From positions 16,864,001 through 16,928,000 of the forward strand of contig NC_043025.1 in assembly GCF_006345805.1 (NCBI RefSeq): a stretch of 64,000 bases of DNA, written 5' to 3'. How positions within the stretch are numbered: the first letter of the stretch is position 1; each line of letters opens with the position of its first letter. The position numbers and the translations under genes are program-made. Under the pieces are notes generated by a model. That model ran no database searches, had not been told where the DNA came from, and was given only the letters and a program-made list of their open reading frames with translations. This DNA is from Octopus sinensis. Lineage: Eukaryota. Shown here one piece after another: positions 53,701 through 64,000 of the stretch.

Positions 53701-54929
53701 CAGATCACAAAATTTTTTTGTATTTTTCAAGTACACATTTGAAATATTTTGACATTTTCTAAACAGACAACTTTTAAGAATTTAGTGATCTCTTGGATAA
53801 ATATAAGCTTATTATCACTGAGCTAACTTATATTTATCTAACAGATCACAAAATTTTTTTTTGTTTTTCAAGTACACATTTGAAATATTTTGACATTTTC
53901 TCACCTGAAAACTTTTGAGACTTTAGTGATCAGTTGGAAAATATAAGCTTATTATCACTCATATAGTATATATTCACCTACGAGATCACAAAATTTTTTT
54001 TTTTTTCAAGTACACATTTGAAATATTTTGACAATTTCCAACCTGAATAATTTTGAGAATTTTGTGATCTCTTGGATAAATATAAGCTTATTATCATTCA
54101 TATAGCTTATATTTACCTAAGAGATAACAAATTTTTTTTTTATTTTTCAAGTACACATTTGAAATATTTTGACATTTTCTAACCTGAAAACTTTTAAGAA
54201 TTTAGTGGTCTCTTGGATACATATAAGCTTATTATCACTCAGTTAATTTATATTTACATAACAAATCACAAAATTTTTTTTTATTTTTGAAGTACACATG
54301 TGAAATATTTTGACATTTTCTAACCTGAAAACTTTTGAGAATTTATTGTCTCTTGGATAACTATAAGCTTATTATCACTCATATAGCTTATTCTTACCTA
54401 ACGGATCACGAAATTTTTTTTTTTATTCAAGTACACATTTGGAATATTTTGACATTTTCTAACCTGAAAACTTTTGAGAATTTAGTGATATCTTGGATAA
54501 ATATAAGCTTATTATCATCACTCATATAGCTTATATTTACCTAAAAGACCGCAAATTTTTTTTTTTTTTTCAAGTACACATTTGAAATATTTTGACATTT
54601 TCTAACCTGAAAACTTTTGAGAATTTAGTGGTCTCTTGGAAAAATATAAGCTTATTATCACTCATATACCTTATATTTACCTAAGAGATCATAAAATTTT
54701 ATTTTGTTTTTCATGTACACATTTGAAATATTTTGAGATTTTCTAACAGGAAAAATTTTGAGAATTTAGTGATCTCTTGGATAAATATTAGCTTATTATC
54801 ACTCAGTTAACTTATCACCATACAGATCACAAATTTTTTTTTAGTTTTTCTAGTACACATTTGAAATAATTTGACATTTTCTAACCTGAAAACTTTTGAG
54901 AATTTAGTGATCTCTTGGATACATATAAG

Positions 54930-57900
54930 CTTATTATCACTCAGCTAATCTATATTTACCTAAGAAATCACAAAATTTTTTTTTTATTATTGAAGTACAC
55001 GTGTGAAACATTTTGACATTTTCTAACCTGAAAACTTTTGAGAATTTAGTGATCTCTTGGATAACTATAAGCTTATTATCACTCATATAGCTTATATTTA
55101 CCTAACAGATCACAAATTTGTTTTTTTATTCAAGTACACATTTGAAATATTTTGACATTTTCTAACCTGAAAACTTTTGAGAATTTAGTGATATCTTGGA
55201 TAAATATAAGCTTATTATCATCACTCATATAGCTTATATTTACCTACCAAATCACAAAATTTTTTTTTTGTGTTTCAAGTACACATTGAAATACTTAGAG
55301 ATTTTCTAACCCGAAACCTTTGAGAATTTAGTGATCTCTTGGATAAATATAAGCTTATTATCATCACTCATATAGCATATTTTTACCTAAAACATCGCAA
55401 ATTTTTTTTTATTTTTCAAGTAAACATTTGAAATAATTTGACATTTTCTAACCTGAAAAATTTTGAGAATTTAGTTATCTCTTGGATAAATATAAGCTTA
55501 TCATCACTCATATAGCTTATATTTACCTAACACATCACAAATTTTTTTTTTGTTTTTCAAGTACACATCTGAAATATTTTGACATTTTCTAACCTGAAAA
55601 CTTTTGAGAATTTAGTGATCTCTTGGACAAATATAAGCTTATTATCACTCATATAGCTTATATTTACCTAACAGATCACAAATTTTTTTTTTGTTTTTCA
55701 AGTACACATCTGAAATATTTTGATATTTTCTAACCTGAAAACTTTTCAGAATTTAGTGATCACTTGGATAAATATAAGCTTATTATCACTCAGCTAACTT
55801 ATATTTATCTAACAGATCACAAAATTTTTTTGTATTTTTCAAGTACACATTTGAAATATTTTGACATTTCTAACCTGAAAACTTTTGAGAATTAGTGATC
55901 TCTTGGTCAAATATAAGCTTATTATCACTCATAATAGCTTATATTTACCTAAGAGATCACAAAATTTTTTTTTGATTTTCAAGTACACATCTGAAATATT
56001 TTGATATTTTCTAACCTGAAAACTTTTGAGAATTTAGTGATCTCTTGGATAAATATAAGCTTATTATCACTCAGCTAACTTATATTTATCTAACAGATCA
56101 CAAAATTTTTTTTTGTTTTTCAAGTACACATTTGAAATAATTTGACATTTTCTCACCTGAAAACTTTTGAGACTTTAGTGATCAGTTGGAAAATATAAGC
56201 TTATTATCACTCATATAGCTTATATTTACCTACGAGATCAGAAAATTTTTTTTTTTTTTTAAGTACACATTTGAAATATTTTGACATTTTCTAACCTGAA
56301 AACTTTTGAGAATTTAGTGATCTCTTGGATACATATAAGCTTATTATCACTCATATAGCTTATATTTACCTAACCGATCACAAAATTTTTTTTTGTTTTT
56401 CAGGTACACATTTGAAATATTTTGACAATTTCCAACCTGAAAACTTTTGAGAATTTAGTGATCTCTTGGATAAATATAAGCTTATTATCACTCATATAGC
56501 TTATATTTACCTAACAGATCACAACATTTTTTTTTGTTTTTCAAGTACACATTTGAAATATTTTGACATTTTCTAACCTGAAAACTTTTGAGACTTTAGT
56601 GATCTCTTGGATAAATATAAGATTATTATCATTCAGTTAATTTATATTTACCTAACAGATCACAAATTTTTTTTCTATTTTTCAAGTACACATTTGAAAT
56701 ATTTTGACATTTTCTAACCTGAAAACTTTTGAGAATTTAGTGATCTCTTGGACAAATATAAGCTTATTATCACTCATATAGCTTATATTTACCTAACAGA
56801 ACACAAATTTTTTTTTTGTTTTTCAAGTACACATCTGAAATATTTTGATGTTTTCTAACCTGAAAACTTTTGAGAATTTAGTGATCTCTTGGATAAATAT
56901 AAGCTTATTATCACTCAGCTAACTTATATTTATCTAACAGATCACAAAATTTTTTTCTATTTTTCAAGTACACATTTGAAATATTTTGATATTTTCTAAC
57001 CTGAAAAGTTTTAAGAATTTAGTGATCTCTTGGATAAATATAAGCTTATTATCACTCAGCTAATCTATATTTACCTAACAAATCACAAAATTTTTTTTTT
57101 ATTATTGAAGTACACGTGTGAAACATTTTGACATTTTCTAACCTGAAAACTTTTGAGAATTTAGTGATCTCTTGGAAACTATAAGCTTATTATCACTCAT
57201 ATAGCTTATATTTACCTAACAGATCACAAATTTTTTTTTTTTTCAAGTACACATTGAAATAATTTGACATTTTCTAACCTGAAAACTTTTGAGAATTTAG
57301 TGATATCTTGGATAAATATAAGCTTATTATCATCACTCATATAGCTTATATTTACCTACCAAATCACAAAATTTTTTTTTGTGTTTCAAGTACACATTTG
57401 AAATACTTAGAGATTTTCTAACCCGAAAACCTTTGAGAATTTAGTGATCTCTTGGATAAATATAAGCTTATTATCATCACTCATATAGCATATTTTTACC
57501 TAAAACATCGCAAATTTTTTTTTTATGTTTCAAGTAAACATTTGAAATAATTTGACATTTTCTAACCTGAAAAATTTTGAGAATTTAGTTATCTCTTGGA
57601 TAAATATAAGCATATTATCACTCATATAGCTTATATTTACCTAACACATCACAAATTTTTTTTTTGTTTTCAAGTAACATCTGAAATATTTTGACATTTT
57701 CTAACCTGAAAACTTTTGAGAATTTAGTGATCTCTTGGACAAATATAAGCTTATTATCACTCATATAGCTTATATTTACCTAACAGATCACAAATTTTTT
57801 TTTGTTTTTCAAGTACACATCTGAAATATTTTGATATTTTCTACCTGAAAACTTTTTTCAGAATTTAGTGATCACTTGGATATATAAGCTTATTATCACT

Positions 57901-60900
57901 CAGCAACTTATATTTATCTAACAGATCACAAAATTTTTTTGTATTTTTCAAGTACACATTTGAAATATTTTGACATTTTCTAACCTGAAAACTTTTGAGA
58001 ATTTAGTGATCTCTTGGTCAAATATAAGCTTATTATCACTCATATAGCTTATATTTACCTAAGAGATCACAAAATTTTTTTTTGATTTTCAAGTACACAT
58101 CTGAAATATTTTGATATTTTCTAACCTGAAAACTTTTGAGAATTTAGTGATCTCTTGGATAAATATAAGCTTATTATCACTCAGCTAACTTATATTTATC
58201 TAACAGATCACAAAATTTTTTTTTGTTTTTCAAGTACACATTTGAAATAATTTGACATTTTCTCACCTGAAAACTTCTGAGACTTTAGTGATCAGTTGGA
58301 AAATATAAGCTTATTATCACTCATATAGCTTATATTTACCTACGAGATCAGAAAATTTTTTTTTTTTTTTTCAGTACACATTTGAAATATTTTGACATTT
58401 TCTAACCTGAAAACTTTTGAGAATTTAGTGATCTCTTGGATACATATAAGCTTATTATCACTCATATAGCTTATATTTACTTCACCGATCACAAAATTTT
58501 TTTTTGTTTTTCAGGTACACATTTGAAATATTTTGACAATTTCCAACCTGAAAACTTTTGAGAATTTAGTGATCTCTTGGATAAATATAAGCTATTATCA
58601 CTCATATAGCTTATATTTACCTAACAGATCACAACATTTTTTTTTGTTTTTCAAGTACACATTTGAAATATTTTGACATTTTCTAACCTGAAAACTTTTG
58701 AGACTTTAGTGATCTCTTGGAAAATATAAGATATTATCATTCAGTTAATTTATATTTACCTAACAGATCACAAATTTTTTTTCTATTTTTCAAGTACACA
58801 TTTGAAATATTTTGACATTTTCTAACCTGAAAACTTTTGAGAATTTAGTGATCTCTTGGACAAATATAAGCTTATTATCACTCATATAGCTTATTTTACC
58901 TAACAGAACACAAATTTTTTTTTGTTTTTCAAGTACACATCTGAAATATTTTGATGTTTTCTAACCTGAAAACTTTTGAGAATTTAGTGATCTCTTGGAT
59001 AAATATAAGCTTATTATCACTTAGCTAACTTATATTTATCTAACAGATCACAAAATTTTTTTCTATTTTTCAAGTACACATTTGAAATATTTTGATATTT
59101 TCTAACCTGAAAAGTTTTAAGAATTTAGTGATCTCTTGGATAAATATAAGCTTATTATCACTCATATAGCTTATATTTACCTAACAAATCACAAAATTTT
59201 TTTTTGTTTTTCAAGTACACATTTGAAATATTTTGACATTTTCTAACCTGGAAACTTTTGAGAATTTAGTGATCTCTTGGAAAATATAAGCTTATTATCA
59301 CTCATATAGCTTATATTTACCTACGAGATTACAAAATTTTTTTTTTTTCAAATACACATTTGAAATATTTTGATAATTTCTGATCTTAAAACTTTTGAGA
59401 ATTTAGTGATCTCTTGGATAAATATAAGCTTATTATCACTCAGCTAACTTATATTTATCTAACAGATCACAAAATTTTTTTTTATTTTTCAAGTACACAT
59501 TTGAAATATTTTGACGTTTTCTAACCTGAAAACTTTTAAGAATTTAGTGATCTCTTGGATAAATATAAGCTTATTATCACTCAGCTAACTTATATTTATC
59601 TAACAGATCACAAAATTTTTTTTTGTTTTTCAAGTACACATTTGAAATATTTTGACATTTTCTCACCTGAAAACTTTTGAGAATTTAGTGATCAGTTGGA
59701 AAATATAAGCATATTATCACTCATTTAGCTTATATTTACCTACGAGATCACAAAATTTTTTTTTTGTTTTAAGTACACATTTGAAATATTTTGACATTTT
59801 CTAACCTGAAAACTTTTGAGAATTTAGTGATCTCTTGGATTACTATAAGCTTATTATCACTCATATAGCTTATATTTACCTAACAGATCACAAATTTGTT
59901 TTTTTATTCAAGTACACATCTGAAATATTTTGACATTTTCTAACCTGAAAACTTTTGAGAATTTAGTGATATCTTGGATAAATATAAGCTTATTATCATC
60001 ACTCATATAGCTTATATTTACCTAACAAATCACAAAATTTTTTTTTGTGTTTCAAGTACACATTTGCAATACTTAGAGATTTTCTAACCCGAAAACCTTT
60101 GAGAATTTAGTGATCTCTTGGATAAATATAAGCTTATTATCATCACTCATATAGCATATTTTTACCTAAAACATCGCAAATTTTTTTTTTATTTTTCAAG
60201 TAAACATTTGAAATAATTTGACATTTTCTAACCTGAAAAATTTTCAGAATTTAGTTATCTCTTGGATAAATATAAGCTTCTTATCACTCATATAGCTTAT
60301 ATTTACCTAACAGATCACAAATTTTTTTTTTGTTTTTCAAGTACACATCTGAAATATTTTGACATTTTCTAACCTGAAAACTTTTGAGAATTTAGTGATC
60401 TCTTGGACAAATGTAAGCTTATTATCACTCATATAGCTTATATTTACCTAACAGATCACAAATTTTTTTTTGTTTTTCAAGTACACATCTGAAATATTTT
60501 GATATTTTCTAAACTGAAAACTTTTCAGAATTTAGTGATCTCTTGGATAAATATAAGCTTATTATCACTCAGCTAACTTATATTTATCTAACAGATCACA
60601 AAATTTTTTGTATTTTTCAAGTACACATTTGAAATATTTTGACATTTTCTAACCTGAAAACTTTTGAGAATTTAGTGATCTCTTGGTCAAATATAGCTTA
60701 TTATCACTCATATAGCTTATATTTACCTAAGAGATCACAAAATTTTTTTTGATTTTCAAGTACACATCTGAAATATTGATATTTTCTAACCTGAAAACTT
60801 TTGAGAATTTAGTGATCTCTTGGATAAATATAAGCTTATTATCACTCAGCTTATATTTATCTAACAGATCACAAATTTTTTTTGTTTTTCAAATACACAT

Positions 60901-61750
60901 TGAAATAATTTGACATTTTCTCAACCTGAAAACTCTTGAGACTTTAGTGATCAGTTGGAAAATATAAGCTTATTATCACTCATATAGCTTATATTTACCT
61001 AGGAGATCAGAAAATTTTTTTTTGTTTTTCAGTACACATTTGAAATATTTTGACATTTTCTAACCTGAAAACTTTTGAGAATTATAGTGATCTCTTGGAT
61101 ACATATAAGCTTATTATCACTCATATAGCTTATATTTACTTAACGATCACAAAATTTTTTTTGTTTTTCAGGTACACATTTGAAATATTTTGACAATTTC
61201 CACCTGAAAACTTTTGAGAATTTAGTGATCTCTTGGATAAATATAAGCTTATTATCACTCATATAGCTTATATTTACCTAACAGATCACAAATTTTTTTT
61301 GTTTTTCAAGTACACATTGAAATATTTTGACATTTTCTAACCTGAAAACTTTTGAGATTTAGTGATCTCTTGGATAAATATAAGCTTATTATCATTCAGT
61401 TAATTTATATTTACCTAACAGATCACAAATTTTTTTTCTATTTTTCAAGTACACATTTGAAATATTTTGACATTTTCTAACCTGAAAACTTTTGAGAATT
61501 TAGTGATCTCTTGGACAAATATAAGCTTATTATCACTCATAAAGCTTATATTTACCCAACAGAACACAAATTTTTTTTTTGTTTTTCAAGTACACATCTG
61601 AAATATTTTGATGTTTTCTAACCTGAAAACTTTTGAGAATTTAGTGATCTCTTGGATAAATATAAGCTTATTATCACTCAGCTAACTTATATTTATCTAA
61701 CAGATCAAAAAATTTTTTTGTATTTTTCAAGTACACGTTTGAAATATTTT
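54930..61750 (-). repeat. 15-mer higher-order repeat (~2.11 kb), two adjacent copies plus a third copy offset by ~2.66 kb
   Basis: TGAAGTACACGTGTGAAACA occurs at 54991 and 57106 (2115 bp = 15 x 141). CTTAGAGATTTTCTAACCCG occurs at 55294, 57406 and 60072; AGAACACAAA at 56798, 58905 and 61561. Confidence 0.88.
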
Positions 61751-62320
61751 GACATTTTCTAAACTGAAAACTTTTGAGAATTTAGTGATCTCTTGGACAA
61801 ATATAAGCTTATTATCACTCATATAGCTTATATTTACTAACAACAAATCACAAAATTTTTTTTTCAAGTACACATTTGAAATATTTGACATTTTCTAACT
61901 GAAAACTTTGAGATTTAGTGATCTCTTTGGATAAATATAAGCTTATTATCACTCATATAGCTATATTTACCTACGAGATTACAAATTTTTTTTTTTTTTT
62001 TTTATACACATTTGAAATATTTTGATATTTCTCTAACCTTAACTTTTGAGAATTTAGTGATCTCTTGGATAAATATAAGCTTATTATCACTCATATAGCT
62101 TATATTTATAACAGATCACAAGATTTTTTTTTGTGTTTCAAGTACACATTTGAAAATTTTGACAATTTCTCACCTGAAAACTTTTGAGAATTTAGTGATC
62201 GTTGGATAAATATAAGCTTATTATCACTCATATAGCTTATATTTACACGAGTCACAAATTTTTTTCTTTTAAGTACACATTTGAAAAATTTTGACATTTT
62301 CTAACCTGAAAACTTTTGAG

Positions 62321-62397
62321 AATTTAGTGATCTCTTGGATAAATATAAGCTTATTATCACTCATATAGCTTATATTTACCTAACAGATCACAAAATT
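62321..62397. repeat. Representative internal inverted repeat of the monomer (31-bp arms, 15-nt loop), present in essentially every full-length monomer
   Basis: Arm 62321-62351 AATTTAGTGATCTCTTGGATAAATATAAGCT vs the reverse complement of arm 62367-62397 (AATTTTGTGATCTGTTAGGTAAATATAAGCT) match at 27/31 positions. The loop is TATTATCACTCATAT. Confidence 0.95.
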
Positions 62398-64000
62398 TTT
62401 TTTTGTTTTCAGGTACACATTTGAAATATTTTGACATTTTCTAACCTGAAAACTTTTGAGAATTTAGTGATCTCTTGGATAAATATAGCTTATTATCACT
62501 CATATAGCTTTATATTTACTTAGACAAATCCAAAATTTTTTTCTATTTTCAAGTACACATTTGAAAATTTTGACATTTTCTAACCTGAAAATTTGAGAAT
62601 TTAGTGATCTCTTGGAAAATATAAGCTTATTATCACTCATATAGCTTATATTTACCTACGAGATACAAAATTTTTTTTTTTTTCAAGTACACATTTGAAA
62701 TATTTGACATTTTCTAATCTAAAACTTTTGAGAATTTAGTGATCTCTTGGATAAATATAAGCTTATTATCACTCATATAGCTTATATTACCTAACAGATC
62801 ACAAATTTTTTTTGTTTTTCAAGTACACATTGAAATATTTTGACATTTTCTAACCTGAAAACGTTTGAGAATTTAGTGATCTCTTGGATAAATATAAGCT
62901 TATTTCACTCAGCTACTTATATTTATCTAACAGACCACAAAATTTTTTTTGTTTTCAAGTACACATTGAAATATTTTGACATTTTCTAACCTGAAAACTT
63001 TTGAGAATTTAGTGATTCTCTTGGAAAATATAAGCTTATTATCACTCATATAGCTTATATTTACCTAACAGATCAGATAATTTTTTTTTTTTTAAGTACA
63101 CATTTGAAATATTTTGACATTTCTAACCTGAAAACTTTTGAGAATTTAGTGATTCTTGGATAAATATAAGCTTATTATCACTCATATAGCTTATATTTAC
63201 CTAACGATCACAAAATTTTTTTGTTTTTCAGGTACACATTTGAAATATTTTGACAATTTCCAACCTGAAAACTTTTGAGAATTTAGTGATCTCTTGGATA
63301 AATATAAGCTTATTATCACTCATATAGCTTATATTTACCTAACAAATCACAAAATTTTTTTTTGTTTTTCAGGTACACATTTGAAATATTTTGACAATTT
63401 CCAACCTGGAAACTTTTGAGAATTTAGTGATCTTTTGGAAAATATAAGCTTATTATCACTCATATAGCTTATATTTACCTACGAGATTACAAAATTTTTT
63501 TTTTTTTTCAAATACACATTTGAAATATTTTGATATTTTCTAATCTAAAAACTTTTGAGAATTTAGTGATCTCTTGGATAAATATAAGCTTATTATCACT
63601 CAGTTAATTTATATTTACCTAACAGATCACAATTTTTTTTTTATTTTCAAGTACACATTTGAAATATTTTTACATTTTTAACCTGAAATTTTGAGAATTT
63701 AGTGATCTCTTGGATAAATATAAGCTATTATCACTCATATAGCTTATATTACCTAACAGATCACAAAATTTTTTTTTGTTTTTCAAGTACACATTTGAAA
63801 TATTTTGACATTTTCTCACCTGAAAACTTTTGAGATTTAGTGATCTTGGATAAATATAAGCTTATTATCACTCATATAGCTTATATTTACCTACAGATCA
63901 CAAATTTTTTTTTTTTTCAAGTACACATTTGAAATATTTGACATTTCTAACCTGAAAACTTTTAGAATTTAGTGATCTCTTGGATAAATATAAGCTTATA

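Larger units (their letters stand above)
53013..64000 (-). repeat. Satellite DNA block D, reverse orientation
   Basis: Minus-orientation monomers run from TATTTTGACATTTTC (53011) to the right window edge. Confidence 0.97.

Noticed and set aside
6438-62297. The 60-83 aa ORFs in the track (MSKYFKCVLEK..., ...FSNLKTFENLVISWINISL...)
   Set aside because: They are chance translations of 1-2 satellite monomers (141 is divisible by 3), so the same low-complexity K/F/I/L/N peptides recur. They have no domain features and are broken by stops and frameshifts in neighbouring units.
62321-62397. Monomer derived from a MITE or Helitron terminus
   Set aside because: The inverted repeat is compatible with this, but I see no TSD, recognisable TIR family motif or free-standing copy in the window to support it.
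1-64000. CRISPR-like repeat-spacer array
   Set aside because: The palindromic part recurs regularly, but the intervening sequence is also repeated. There are no unique spacers and no cas genes.

Overview
This window is eukaryotic repetitive DNA, with no credible protein-coding gene, RNA gene or CRISPR array. About 99% of it is one AT-rich (~75% AT) tandem satellite with a ~141-bp monomer (~450 copies). My by-eye consensus is AAATTCTCAAAAGTTTTCAGGTTAGAAAATGTCAAAATATTTCAAATGTGTACTTGAAAAACAACAAAAAATTTTGTGATCTGTTAGGTAAATATAAGTTAACTGAGTGATAATAAGCTTATATTTATCCAAGAGATCACT. The array forms four orientation blocks: A (+, 1-6826), B (-, 6827-38505), C (+, 38506-53012) and D (-, 53013-64000). It contains several local higher-order repeats and shifts between two subfamilies at about 24-25 kb. 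The only non-satellite DNA is two 322-bp copies of a 5'-truncated, tRNA-derived CORE-type SINE (23625-23946 + and 40096-40417 -). They share breakpoints and the same 10-bp target-site duplication, so they are one insertion that was later duplicated. From memory the SINE resembles octopus SINEs; this is unverified. The most interesting signal is structural. Every monomer carries a 31-bp quasi-palindrome around a 15-nt loop. Recurrent variants repair its mismatches, two of the three orientation switches break inside it on both sides (the third on one side), and the SINE landed in its loop. Block C looks like a ~14.5-kb inversion within a ~27.5-kb SINE-marked super-repeat. All listed ORFs are spurious translations of repeats. 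All coordinates and counts were read by eye; HOR boundaries are approximate.
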